Origin: the human T2T-CHM13v2.0 reference genome, Homo sapiens
Strand: one strand, 5' to 3'
DNA: 64,000 nucleotides
Assembly (NCBI RefSeq): GCF_009914755.1
Contig: NC_060926.1
The stretch's first letter is position 1, and every line of letters starts with the position of its first letter. A program made the position numbers and the translations under genes. The notes beneath the pieces were generated by a model. That model saw nothing but the letters and a program-made list of their open reading frames with translations, searched no databases and had not been told where the DNA came from. Positions 1-14,042 of this stretch are shown in pieces.

Positions 1-41
1 CAGGTATGTCTTTATTAGCAGCATGAGAACAGACTAATACA
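1..41 (+). mobile_element. 3' end of a MaLR LTR (THE1/MST type)
   Basis: caggtatgtctttattagcagcatgagaacagactaataca is the characteristic THE1/MST terminus. Confidence 0.85.
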
Positions 42-865
42 CTACCCAATGTAAGATTTTTTTTTTATTTGAAGAGAAACCAAGTTTAAGGAGAAAATTA
101 AGAAGGGGTAGTAAAAAGATTAATATAGAAGGAAAGTTAGTATCCAGTGATTTACACTGATCTTATATAATTACCAAAAATAGAATATGAATTAGGCTCT
201 GAGCTTCTTATGAAACAAAGCAAAAATGAGAATGTAAAAGTTACAAAAATGACAATGAACAAAAGACAAAAGAAAGCCAGTTCCTCAGTGAGCGCTTTCT
301 TTTTCCTTGTTCTGGGGCTTGAGTGAATTTTTCCTCCAAATTCTCACACAAGGGAAGTCTCATAGATTCTCAGCAATCTATACAATGCTAAGTTCTCCAC
401 AGCTATTCCATAGGGTTCCTGGAGGTGATATTCCAAACCTCAACTTAGGACTAAGAGGTGGCAAAGGGAGAGAGGCCAAATACATCAACCCAGTAGTAGA
501 CTCACCTGATTTGGACTGGGAAATAAGATCTACGCTATCTAAGGGTAGACTGCATGTCTGGCAGGCAATCCTCCATAAATGTTTGCTAAAAGTTGGGTCA
601 CACATGGTTGGAAGACACATTATTTGGAAAGAACTCAGCTAGAGTAGAGTAACTTTCTATTACTGGTTAAAGGCAGATCAGTAATCTTCAAAATCAATTT
701 TACACACATCCAAACAAATACTAGATAGTCATTAACAATTATTTTCTGTATCATAATTTTTATGACCTGATAATTGTCTGTAATATTACAGCTTTAAAAA
801 TCAGTAACAAAATAGGATCTACAGCATTAAACAGGGAAAAAAGAAGGATTTAAACATGGCAAATG

Positions 866-868
<3 letters not shown>

Positions 869-920
<52 letters not shown>
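869..920 (+). repeat. (AC)16(AG)10 compound microsatellite
   Basis: Read directly. Confidence 0.97.
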
Positions 921-921
<1 letters not shown>

Positions 922-999
922 TAAAGAATAGAAAGAATAAAAGAATATAAACTGTTAACTGTCTATTTCTAGGTGGTATAATTTGACTGCTTTGTGCTT

Positions 1000-1490
1000 A
1001 CGCTAGTTTTGGGTTCTTCTCACTCCTGAAAGGAGAATTTGGGTGCAGCTGCTTGGGAGATAATTGCAGGAGGCACTAGAAGTGGGGTGAAGAAGTAGAA
1101 GAAAGAAAAGAAGATCAATATGGGATGTGCTGATGAATGGGTTACCACTGTTGGCAATTGGAGCTAAATCCCTCGAGGGAAACTCTGAGACACTCTGTGA
1201 AACACATCTCAGAACAGTCCCATCAAGGGTCAAGATAGCTGGTCAAGATATTTATCCAGCCACTCTCATCCTCCATTGTTAAGGATCACTTCTGGAAATG
1301 TTAACTCCCCAGCACTCCCGGCACTTTCAACCACCCTATGTGCAAGCCAAGAAAGCTCCTATAGCCAGAGAATGTCCTCAAGAAGGGGACAAAGGTGCTT
1401 GAGAAAGGAAGCCATCCATATATAACAGAACCATCCACAACTGCAGATGACTTCCAGGTGGGTTAAGGAATGTGGGCAGGTCACCAACAG
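1000..1490 (-). mobile_element. Old ERVL-class LTR remnant (subfamily uncertain)
   Basis: General resemblance to LTR16/33/41-type LTRs in reverse orientation. Confidence 0.4.
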
Positions 1491-1944
1491 TGTAGTTTTC
1501 ATATTTTTTACATATATTACTTTTGGTGTCAGAAAAATTGTATTTATAAAAATTGACTTTTCAGAAGCTACATGTGCTGAGAGGCACAGGTTATGAGAAT
1601 TAAGGACTTGACCATGACTCCCATATGAACAAAAGGATTCTGTCACTGTCCAAAGGCGGACTGGGGCAGCACTATAGAAGGAACAAACTTAGAGAATATT
1701 TCTGGGTCCAATCCAGAAAATAAACATATGAGAAGTCAAGGTCTCAAATCTTCACTCCATAGAATATTGATCACATTGATGTTGGCCTGAAATTCGTTCA
1801 GACTGGGAATTCAGTCTGAAATCTCAATCATGCATTCACAAAGTGTTTAAATTTGAGCATCACAGTTTCCAAGGAAAGATGGCTTTCACTTTCAAATTAT
1901 AATTGCAAACTTCAAATGGGTGCCCAACACTGCCTGGTAGCATG

Positions 1945-2417
1945 ACTATGTCTATTCTAAGTAAGCTCACTTTCCTCACTGTGGTGGCCGTGAGAATGCA
2001 TCTTGCAGTGTATGTGTAATTAACCAAAGTCCCCAGCCACTGTACTGTGAAAGCCATCACTGTGTTGACTCTAAGGCCACCTTGCCACAGGCTGCTTGCA
2101 GCCAATGGCTGAGCTCAACAGGGATAACAAGTCAAGCTCATTCAGGGGAAACAGGGCACTCCTCTGACAGTGAACTCTGGCTCTGCATTAATCCTGCCAA
2201 ACCTTCCCCAGATTTCATGGCAATCTAGGATGCTTCCATCCAACCTTCCTTTCTTTTCTCCTTCACTCAGGGTCAGACTTGCATCACTGTTGGACAGCTG
2301 TACCAGCCTCTTCTGACTCTCTCCTCACTTGTTCACACAGGTGGTTCCACTAATAAAATCTTTGCATGCTTATTTCCATCTTGACATTTGCTTCTTAAAG
2401 GACCTGGACCAATATAC
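1945..2417 (+). mobile_element. ERVL LTR16-family solo LTR
   Basis: 3' end taataaaatctttgcatgc...catcttgacatttgcttc...ggacctggaccaata resembles the LTR16 terminus. Confidence 0.65.
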
Positions 2418-2449
2418 CACTTTATGAACCGGCTGTTTCCTGCCTTCTT

Positions 2450-4362
2450 CTCTTTTCTCAACAACTCCCTTCTCTCTCCCCCTCTCAGCTGATGACATGG
2501 CCTCCTGTTTCCTTGAGAAAATGGAAGGCATCAGATGAAGCCTAAGCCCACCAGCATCTCCTTCCTTCGTGCTAATATAGCAGAGAAGGTGTCCCCTCTC
2601 CAGGCAAAGCCCAGTCTTTCCAAGGGATCCTTTCCAAGGATCTCACCCCTTTCCCAAAAAGGAGATCTTCACTCCTTCAGGTCTCTCCTCCCTCTCCTGC
2701 AACACAATCTATTCCTTACTCTCTGTCGTCCTGGCTCCTCAACCTCTCCAGCTGTTTCCTCACTCCTCTGCTCCTCTCCAAAATCAAATGTCTAGTAAGA
2801 GATCCTTACACATTTTGTCTCCACTTAGTTACTTCTCATTCATTCCTAATTCACTTCATTTTAGCCTCAGCAACCACCACCCTGGTGCTCTTGTCAAGAA
2901 TAGCATGGCCTCCACCTTGGTGAGTCCATGGGATATTCTCCTATCCTCATCCCACTCAACTGTTCAGCAGCATTTGGCACAGCTGACCATTTCCCTGTTC
3001 TTTAAGCCTGCTTCTATTTTGACAGACACCATAGACTCCTGGTTTTCTCCTACCTCACTGGTCACACCTTCTCAGTCTCCTTGCCTGACTCTTCCTCCTC
3101 TGCCAGAGATTTCAACATGGGTTTCTCCAAGATGTTCAGCTCTTTTCTCTGTCCCTTCTCCTCAATAAGCTCATTCACTCACTTGGCTTCCAATACCATG
3201 ACATGGCACAGCTGTCAACTCTCTATCTCCAGCCCTTACATTTCCCCGATGTTCAGCCTTGTTTCCACCATCTGCCTACTCCATATCTCCACTCACATGC
3301 CTAATGGGCATCCCCAGTTTAACAGGTCAAGAGCTTTTGATTTCTTTTCCCAAATATGCTCCTCTCCAGCCTCCTCTTTTCAGTAACTGATACTACCATC
3401 CACCCAGTAGCATAAGCCAGAGATACCTGGGGGTCACCCTTGATTTCATCTTCTTCCCTACTCTTCATGTTTAATTCATCTGTCACTTCTTCCTCAGAAG
3501 TATATCTCAGGTCCACCTATATCTCTTCATCTCTGAGCAACTCTCTGCATCCTAATATTCTCTTCTTACAGGGAGACCAGTCATACTGCATTAGGGCCAA
3601 CCCTGATATCCTCACTTACCTTTTTAAAGGCCCTATATCTCCAAATACAGTCACATTCTGAGGTACTGGGGGTTAGAACTTCAACATATAAATTTTAAGA
3701 CCCATTACACTTGAACCACTACAAGTGTAAAGGGGATGTGAAAGCCTTGTAACTGATCTCCCCACTTCCATCTCATACATTCCCTCTCCTTACAGAATCA
3801 AGAGCAAATTTTTAAAAACACAAATCCTATCTTGGCACTCTTCTGTCTTGAACCCTTTAGTGCCTTCCTATTGCACTTAGAATAAAACCCGAAGTCTTGC
3901 CCTATAGCATCTTGCTTCAGTCTACCTTGTCAATGTCATCTCACATTCCTCTCCCCATCAGTCACCATGCTGTTATCACACTCAACTTCTTTCAGCACCT
4001 GGACCAGCCCAAGCCTTTTTACTGCTCAGAGGCTTTGAACACATGATTTGTTTGCCTGAAAGTTCCCTCCTGCTGCACGTAGCATCGCTGTCTCTTTCTC
4101 AATCTTCATGTCTCAGGTTAAGTATCCCCCACCCCTGCCGTTCTTTATGATAACAGCCTATACATGACCTACATAGCACTCATTGCATATACACAGCCAT
4201 TCATCTCTTTGCCTGGTTATCTGTTTTCTATTTCTCCTTCTAGAATGTAGGCTTCATGAAGACAGGGACTTTGTCATCTTTTCACAGCAATATCACTGGC
4301 ATCCAGAAGAGTGCCTGGAATACTATAGGTGCTCTGTAAATACTAGCTGAATGAAGGAATGG
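2450..4362 (+). mobile_element. Long LINE-2 fossil (ORF2 RT region to 3' end), interrupted by an MLT1 fragment
   Basis: tcagcagcatttggcacagctgaccat = degenerate SAAFDTVDH RT motif. L2a-type 3' end gtgcctggaa...taggtgctctgtaaatactagctgaatgaa. Confidence 0.8.
3540..3700 (-). mobile_element. MLT1 (MaLR) LTR fragment nested in L2
   Basis: ccctatatctccaaatacagtcacattctgaggtactgggggttagaacttcaacatat is typical MLT1A/B. Confidence 0.8.
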
Positions 4363-4654
4363 TCATGCCAGAATAAATTATGTGAAAAATGTACCCACAA
4401 GGAACTGAGAGTCAACCTGTTGCATAGTATTGTTGGATACATGTTAATTAAATTCCAAAGACTTCTGCCAAAATGACTACTGTGTTTTTAGAATAGTTGT
4501 TCTTGGGCCTTTCTTTCTGGTAATAGTTGAAGAGCAGCAGGATCAGTTTCCTGTTGAAATCACTTCTAGTTCTTCACCTAATTTCATCAGTAGAACACAG
4601 GACACCTCTGTAATCGTCTAGGGCAGGATCAACTGGCCACCATTAGAGTGCCAT

Positions 4655-4895
4655 ATTAGAGTGTCACAGACTTTGGCATCAACATATCCAGGTTGGCATC
4701 CCACTTCTGCCATCTATAAGCTGTGTAACTTGGCAAAGTCTAAACTCCCTAAGCCTCTTTGTCCTCATAGGTAGATTGGAGACATGAGTAAGTACCTCTC
4801 AGGAATGTTCTTAAATTAAATGGTATAATATATATAAAGTGCCTACCAGAGCTCCTGACATACAATGAATATTAATAAGTGATGACCATTATTAT
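4655..4895 (+). mobile_element. MIR SINE, near full length
   Basis: Core cccacttctgcca...agctgtgtaacttggcaaag...aagcctc and MIR 3' end. Confidence 0.75.
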
Positions 4896-6101
4896 GAATC
4901 CAGGAAGCAATGATGCAAGACTTGAGGGCACAGTCACGGAGGCAAAGAAGAAGAGATAGTTTAATACATGATTATGAGATTGCACAGACAGAATTTATAA
5001 TTATTTTGATTGGGTGTGAGAGATGAGGCAACATTAATTGAAGAGGACTTGAAATTTCTAGCTGGGTGATTAGATGTGCAGTCATGCCAACAACAAACAC
5101 TTCCATGCAAAAGCAGCTGTGTAGAATAGTTCAATAATTTTGAGTTCAGATCACATACTACATGATTTTTAGCTCTGGCTGGCCTTAAAATGGGGTTCAC
5201 CTGTATTTAAGAACTCCTTGTGAGACCTTCTCAGTTTCTGGTCAGAGGAAGGAAGATACCTCAGACTCCAAAGAAAGGCTGGAGGGTTTATCTTTTTGTG
5301 GATTAGTTTCCTTCATCACCTGCCTTTCCCTTCTAAATATGACGGAATCTTTTCATTTCCCTTGCACTGAAGGGAAACGCATCCTCTGGGGCTGGAGCCT
5401 GACTCTGGCAGTCCTTCTGAAGTTACAGATTTAGGCTCCAGCACTTCGAGGTCTCACTGTGCATCTGTAGGGGTCCTCTGGTGGCCAAGACTCTCAGACA
5501 TGTGCAGACTAAAGCCAGGTGCTGAGAAAAACACAGAAAAGGCTGTCCCTGAGAGCTGGAAACCTATATCCCCTAAAAACAGGCTAGCAACCATGATGCA
5601 CTCTCTTAAGTTTAGGGTGGGCGGGCACTAGTTTATGTTTAACTGGTTGCCAGAAGAAAAGGTGGAAGGGAGAGAAATCATCAGCAAAGCTTTCACAGAA
5701 TAGAGATCCAATCAGCACCACCTTAGCGGCAGGGAGTGGAGCAGGAGGATGTAAATCACAATTGTTGCATCAAAAGTCAACCCTTCTTTTACCCTCCAGC
5801 CCCATCCCCAGTTGTGACTTTTTAAATTACAGCAAGGAGAGTTTATTGTAAATAAGTATTGAATGAATTAAATTACAGAAAGAAAAAAAAAACTGGGCAT
5901 GCCTAATTATATACTCCAGAGACATGAATGCATATATTCATTTAGAGACATGTACAAGACTACTTAAAATAGCATTATTCTTAATAACTAAACACTAAAA
6001 ACACCCCAAATATCTATCAGGAGTAGAACAGATAAACTGTGGTTTAGTCACGTGCAGAGGAATATTGCACAACAATGAAAAGGAAGAAGTCACACAGTAG
6101 A

Positions 6102-6963
6102 ATGTGGCAGACACATCCTACAGTGACTGCCGACAAAACACACCCTTATAGCATCCAGTCCCTTTGATTACAGGCAGAGCCTGTGACTTGTTTCTAACAA
6201 ATAAAATATGGCAAAGGTGATGGGATGTCACTTCCTTGATTAAGCGATGTTACATGTCACAAGTGATGGGAGCGTGATTATGCTACTTTATATAAGGCTC
6301 TGTAAACTAGAGAGAAAGAATCTCCCTTACTGACATGCAGTAAGCTGTCATGTTGAGAGAGAGCCTGTGAGAGAGCCATGTGGCCAGGAACTACAGCTGT
6401 CCTTTAAGAGTTGAAGGTGGCCTTTGGCCTAGTCAGCAAGAAACTGGGACCCGAGTCATACAACCACAAGGAGGTGAATTCTGCCGACAACCTGAACAAG
6501 CTTGGAAGCAGGTTCTTCCCCAAGCAACTCAACAGAACACAGCCCAGCCACCACCTTGATTGCTGCCTTAAAAGATCCTGAGCAGAGAATTTAGCTAAAC
6601 TGTGCACTGACTCTTGACCCATAGAAAATGTGAGATAAGGAATGTGTGTTGGAGCTGGGTGCAGTGGCTCATGCCTGTAATCCCAGCACTTTGGGAGGCC
6701 GAGGCAGGGGGATTGCTGAGTCCAGGAGACCAGCCTGAGAAACATGGTGAAACCCTGTATACACAAAAAATACAAAAATTAGCCAGGCATGGTGGCATGT
6801 TACTGTAGTCCCAGCTACTAAGGAGCCTGAGGTGGGAGGATTGCTTGAGCCCAGGAGGTCGAGGCTGCAGTGAGCCATGTTCGCGCTACGGCACTCCAGC
6901 TTGGGCAAGTGGTAAGCCACTACCTATGTGGTCTTTGTAACACCTTGATAGGAAATGAATACA
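6102..6963 (+). mobile_element. MLT1 (E/F-like) LTR with nested Alu
   Basis: Starts tgtggcag; contains gcctgtgacttgtttctaac...gaattctgccgacaacctgaa; ends gaaatgaataca. Confidence 0.8.
6653..6909 (+). mobile_element. AluJ-type, 3'-truncated (no poly-A)
   Basis: Alu left and right arms; sequence stops at ccagcttgggcaag. Confidence 0.92.
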
Positions 6964-7231
6964 GAGGACATGTTGCATGATTCTGTTGCAATTGCAAAAC
7001 AGGGGATTGTATTTTATTTTTTATTTTTTTTTCCATCTACTTCCCTTAGGGGTAAGGATTTACTTCTCTTAATGCATACATATGTTCTTCTTGCTTCCCG
7101 TCTCCCATCCTCTTAATATGATTATATTTGGCTATATCAGTCCTCAGGGTTGGTGTTATTATGACTCCATAACATGGGAAGTAACCTGGCTGTATTGTTC
7201 CTGGCGAGCCAAGTGTTGTGCAGTTATTAGG

Positions 7232-7385
7232 TGTCTGTGTGGGTTTCCTAGGTCTGCTATAACAAATTACCACAACTCTGGTGACTTAAAACAACACAAA
7301 TGTGTTCTCTCACAGTTCTGAAGGCCAGAAGTCTGAAGTCAAGGTGTCAGCAGGGCCACACCCCCTCTTCCAGCTTCTGGTGGTC
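7232..7385 (-). mobile_element. MLT1B/C LTR fragment
   Basis: gctataacaaattaccacaa...ttctctcacagttctgaaggccagaagtctgaa. Confidence 0.8.
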
Positions 7386-8389
7386 ACAAAACTGTTTTTT
7401 TTTTTTTTAGGTAGGCTCATGGTATTTGCTAATTTAACCTTCATGAACTAGTCCTTCATGACTCAGAATGCTCGTGACATGGATGTCCTTTTGAAGGAGG
7501 CTGACTTGTAAATATTTCCCTCTGGAAGCTTGGTGCTCCAGAATGTCACTTAGCTGGTAAGTGAACCTGGCCAACTGCAGCTGCTATATCAACAAGGGGG
7601 CTTTATTGTTTTCCACTGACCTTGAGTCTGCATGTTCTTGAGTATTCACATGTTTGGGGATTCTGAAAGGTCTCCAGTTATCTTCTGGTCTCTTGAAGTC
7701 AATCACCCATTCAGGACCCTTCACTGCCCAATCTCCCGCTCCGAAGCCCCAGCAGGGTTCCTTCTCATGTCTTTGCTGGAGCTTCCTGCTGCCTCTGCTC
7801 CTAACACAACCTAGTCAGGCATACTCCCTATGGGACCCTCTGCTGACAGTCCAGCTTTGCCTTGTGCTCTCTTTAAGCAGGTACCAAGGAAGTGTTTCCG
7901 TTTCTCAGCCTCTTTTCATGACATTTGTTTTAGGATTTCCCTTCCCCTTCCTCTGAACAGTTAAAACCTTACCCTTTCATAGGGGGCCATGGGGGTTGGG
8001 GATGGTGAGAATAACTAATGAGATTTCAGCTCAGTTACCTGGACAGGTGTGGCCCTAGCCTTCCTGAATTCTAAATGAGGGATGAGAGGAGAGGGAAGAA
8101 ATACAAGTTAACCCCACACCCCAGGCTGCTGCCATGGTCACAGTACTTCACCCTAGAGGTGTCTGCCCAAGTGTCTCAAACCACACAGCAGCCTCAGGGA
8201 AAGGATCTCAGCCCTGTGATCCCCATAGTCAACCCCAGTCTCTGTCCCAGCGTCAGAAACAGGCAGGTTACTGTGATGCCAATGAAGCTTAAGAACCTGG
8301 GTCCTCCTTGCCCTGGCTCCTCTATGGCCCTGGAAGGGCCCTAGCAATGGGTTCACATGACAATATAGATCTATTAATAGTATATATAA

Positions 8390-8737
8390 TGTCTTAGTCA
8401 GCTTGGGCTGCCATAAAAAAGTACCGTAGACTGAGTGGGTCAAACAACAGACTTATTTCTCACAGTTCTGGAGGCTGAGAAGTCCAAGATGAAAGGTCGG
8501 GCAGATTCAGTTTCTGGTAAGGCCTCTTTTCCTGGCTTGCAGATGGCCACCTTATCACTGTGTCCTCACATAGTGGAGAGAGAGCATCTCTCATCCTTTT
8601 CTGATAAAGCTACTAACCCCACTGTGAGAGCACCACGCTCTTGACCTCATCTAACACTGATTACCTCCCAAAGGTCCCATCTCCAAATACCACCAAACTG
8701 GGGGGCTAGGGTGGGGGGACACAATTCAATCCATAGC
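8390..8737 (-). mobile_element. MLT1A/MST-type solo LTR
   Basis: tgtcttagtcagcttgggctgccata...ggggggacacaattcaatccatagc. Confidence 0.85.
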
Positions 8738-8759
8738 TATATATATATATAGTACACAC

Positions 8760-10030
<1,271 letters not shown>

Positions 10031-10214
10031 ATGGTGAGGCCACTCGCCTGACACTCTTCCTCATGCATTTCTCTGGGTCCCCTCGCCCATCCTCCCAGCA
10101 TCTGCACAGGGATCGCCACAGGGTCCCTGCGTGGCTCCAGGCATTTGTGTCAGAGATAGTCTTCCAACCAGAGTGTGAGTGCAGGATGGAATGTTTGCAC
10201 TTATTTTGTTCACC

Positions 10215-10335
10215 CTGCCCCAATTTTACGGATGAGGAAACTAAGAGCCAGAGAGGCAAAGTGACTTGTACAAAGTCACGCAGGAAGCTTGTGGCAGAAC
10301 TTGAACACAGGACCCTAACTCTTAGTCCAGGGATC
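10215..10335 (-). mobile_element. MIR fragment
   Basis: attttacggatgaggaaactaagagccagagagg...gtgacttg. Confidence 0.8.
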
Positions 10336-10511
10336 TCTACATTGTTGCTTGCAGTCTGTCATTAGTTAGATCAGTGGTTTTCAAGCTTCATTATTAATAA
10401 TCAAGCTTGCTAAAAACAGATTCCTCCAGCGTGCAGGTCCTCAGGTCCTCAGGCACAATTCAGTGTGGGATTCCCTGAGACATGGGTGCCTTGGGTCTCT
10501 AGGGGCCCAAA

Positions 10512-10675
10512 GCAGTGATCCCTCAGATGCACCAAAGTTACTTGGATGCTTGAAATGCAGATCTCTGGGCCCCACCCCTAGACACTGTGATCCATTAGAA
10601 CTGGGTCGAAATCTGAGTTTTTAAAAACCTCTCCCAGTGAAGCGAAGGCAAGAAGTGGATGAACTTAGGCCACTT
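10512..10675. mobile_element. MER5A-like hAT-Charlie MITE
   Basis: aaatgcagatctctgggccccacccctagac motif. Confidence 0.6.
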
Positions 10676-12264
10676 ATCCTAACCTTCTCATTCCTTAGAT
10701 CCCAAATATTCCCCCTCCTCTTCGTTCCACCCACCCCCACCTCCCTTACAACAGAGGAGAGAGTGGTATACACCAGCTCTCTTCCTAGCTTCCTTCTGTG
10801 CCACCTACTTTCAAATGTACATCACACTGCAGGTTTTTTCCCTAAGACATTGTGCTTGCAAGCTATTTATAAGGATAACTACCCAGTGAATTCCAAGGAC
10901 TGTGTAGAGCCTAAACAACAAATAGGCCACAGATTCCATGCCAGGATTATTGGGAAATAATTCCTGGTAGATTTCATAAGTGCTTACTGGTTCTCTACAT
11001 GAAATGTAAAATCTGGACCTGTCACATCCAGTTTCATTAATGACCCTGGGGATAACCATAGGGTGAACTACAGAATAGCTGCTGTGATTAATTTTGACTC
11101 AGGGCTTTAACACCATCTTGATGCTAACTAGTAGTGACCTGATCTGTCGGCTCCAGATGTCTGGAGCCTTGTGAGATCTGGCAACCAGAAGAGGACACTC
11201 ACTCTAAATTTCCTTACAAAGTAGATGCCATTTGAGGCCTTAACAATCACGGACCCTGAACTTCACTACCCACATTAGCCTAAGTTAGAAGAGGATGGCT
11301 TTTGCCTACCCCCATGTACAGTGAGACGATGTATATGAAACTCTTTGCAAATTCCTAGGAGATATATAAATGCAGTGTTCCTACTCACTGTTTTTATGAG
11401 GCCCAGATCCATAAGTCCTCAAAAGGTGTTCTTGAGCCCAGAGTAATCAGCTGGCACTCCCCTAAAGCACATAAACACGGACATGACTAATAATTGGCCA
11501 AAAAGAATCCTTCGTGGCACTACAGTTATAGTTTTAGAAGAGCTACAAGGATGATTGTTAATGGTAATGCTTCTTGTTATTAATACTCAAACTTGCCAAA
11601 AACAGTTTCCTGTGGGGTGCAGTTCCTCAGGCACAACTCCACATGGGGTTCCCTAAGGCAAGGTGCCAGGGGCCTCTGAAAGAGCCTCCCAAGGGCTTGC
11701 CTCCTAGGCCCAAAGCAACCAGGATTCTTTTGATACAAAAGATTTGCCATCCTAAAAGCATGGCTATTTTCTATTCTCTGACCTTTCTGCTTCCTCTATG
11801 CTCAATGTCTCAAAATGGAATTCAAAAGAGGAGCTAAAGGCTACTCATTTCTCTAAATAGACTTGTATTTAGTGCTCCAAGAAGAAATGTTATTCCTACC
11901 TCCCATTAGCACAGTGTCCCTAATTCTAGAGGTAATAGCTAAATAGCAGCTTGTCCCTATTGGTGCAGGAAATTCTTTTCTCCATTTTCAGGATAAAAAT
12001 AAAGATTACTCAGACAGATCTGTGATTCTCCCTTGGCAGAGAGTTTCAGTGCCTGGGAACCAGAATCTATTGGATGAACATTTGTAGGCTTAATTTCAGA
12101 ATCTCAAATGACAGAAACATTCTCACTGACTGCAAATGAGGACAGAATGTTTGGCTGGTTTTGATGTTTTCAACTAACACCTTTAAAACAATAGTGATGA
12201 CCATCTCTTGATTATCATCATAGCAAAATGTGTTCTCAAACTTCCTCAATAAATAAAAGTTGAA

Positions 12265-12555
12265 GTCCTGTCGTTCAAAAAAACATTTAATAAATTATCA
12301 ATACATCTTGTTGATATGCAAAGAATTATGCAAAGTACCTTGGCACCACAAAAATAAATGGGACACTGTTTCCACTGGGAGGACCTTACAATCAGACAAG
12401 ACGTGAACGCTGATAAATATAAGTAGAATACGAGAAGTATCACAAAACAGGGACAAACAACGCTATAGGATTTCAGATGCAAGAGATTACTTCTAGCAGA
12501 AGGGAATCCATGAAGATGGCAGTGGGGTGACATTTGAGCTGGGTCCTTCAGCATG
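12265..12555 (-). mobile_element. LINE-2 3' fragment
   Basis: ttcaaaaaaacatttaa...ccttacaatcagac...gacatttgagctgggtcctt. Confidence 0.6.
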
Positions 12556-12644
12556 TGTGTAGTCTTGCTACTGGATCTGCCATGTGTTTCTCCAATTACC
12601 CATCCAATAAAGCTTGCTTGCCAATGGAGCTCATGGTTTTGACT

Positions 12645-13275
12645 TATGGTAGTTTTCTTTTGCTATGTAACACATTACCACAAACTTGGTAGCTCAAAAC
12701 ACACACATTCATTATCTCATAGCTTCTGGGGGTCAGGAACCTAGACACGGAGTAGCTGGGTTCTCTGCTCAGGGTTTCACACAGTTGAAATCTAGACGTC
12801 AGCCAGGTGTATTCTCACCTGGAGTTCTCCAAGTCCATTCAGGTTGTTGACAGAATTTATTTCCTTACAGTTGTAGGATGGTGCTCCTTAATTTCTTGCT
12901 GGCTGTTGGCCAGGGGTTGCTCTCAGCAACTTGAGGCTACCCTCATATCTTAGCTGTGGGGCCCTCTTACTACACAGCAGCTCACTCCCTCAAAGTCAGC
13001 AGGAGAATCTTCTCTTTGGGGAAGGCCTGAACCCTCCTTTAAAGGACTTGCCTGATTATGTCAAGCCTGCCCAGGGTAATCTCCCTTTTGTTTGACCCAA
13101 AGTAACAGGAGAGACATTAATTACATCAGCAAAATTCCCACACCTGTGCCAGATCATGTAACCTGATCACTCCAGTAAAATTCCATCATACTCACAGGTC
13201 CCTGACATTCAAGAGGAGGGGATTACACAGGGTGTCTATACCAGGTAGGAATCTTGGGGCCATCCTGCCTACCAT
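12645..13275 (-). mobile_element. MLT1 (D/E-like) LTR
   Basis: gctatgtaacacattaccacaaacttggtagctcaaaac...ggccatcctgcctacca. Confidence 0.8.
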
Positions 13276-13529
13276 GTGATTCAAGCCAAGTGTAAGCTTT
13301 GGCACCCATGGGATGACAGTCCTTACTGCGAATCCCATCTCTGTCAATAAATTTAAACCAGCAGGACTATAAGAGGTAGAGAAAGGAACAGTGAATATGG
13401 AAAGAGATGTGGCAGACTGAATTTTCAATGTAGTGTGTGTTCACCATACTCCATACATGTATACTACATTGGTACAAGATAGTGCATTGCACACTACACA
13501 CACAGAGACACACACGATACATGCTGTTC

Positions 13530-14042
13530 CTCCTATGTGACACTGAACCCTCCTCGCATTGAGTGGTGGGTCTGTGTTACCCCCTCTTAGACTTGGACAG
13601 AACTTTGTAACTGCCTTGGCCAATAGAAAAGCAGAAGTGACACTAAATGACTTCTGAGACTAAGTCATAAAAATAATATGCACTTCCATTTTGTCTCTTG
13701 AAACACTCACTCTTGGAACCCTGCCACCCTGCTGTGAGAACACCAGTCCAGAACATAGAAAAGCCACATGTAGGTGCTCCAGCTGACAGTCCCCATTAAG
13801 GTCCCAGCCAACAGCCAGCATCAAACACCAGATGTGTGAGTGAATGAACTTCAGATGACTCCAGCACCAGCTATTGAGTCACCTTCAAGCCACTCCAGCC
13901 TTTAAGCCACCCCAGTAAGTTCCACGTGGAAGAAGGGATGAGCTATCCCTTTTAGCCCTGACCAAATTGCAGATTCATGAACAAATAAATGATTATCACT
14001 TTAAACTACTTAGTTTGGACTTGGACAGAACATGACTGGAAC
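13530..14042 (+). mobile_element. MLT1 (G/H-like) LTR
   Basis: tgtaactgccttggccaatagaa...gccctgaccaaattgcagattcatga...actggaaca. Confidence 0.75.
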
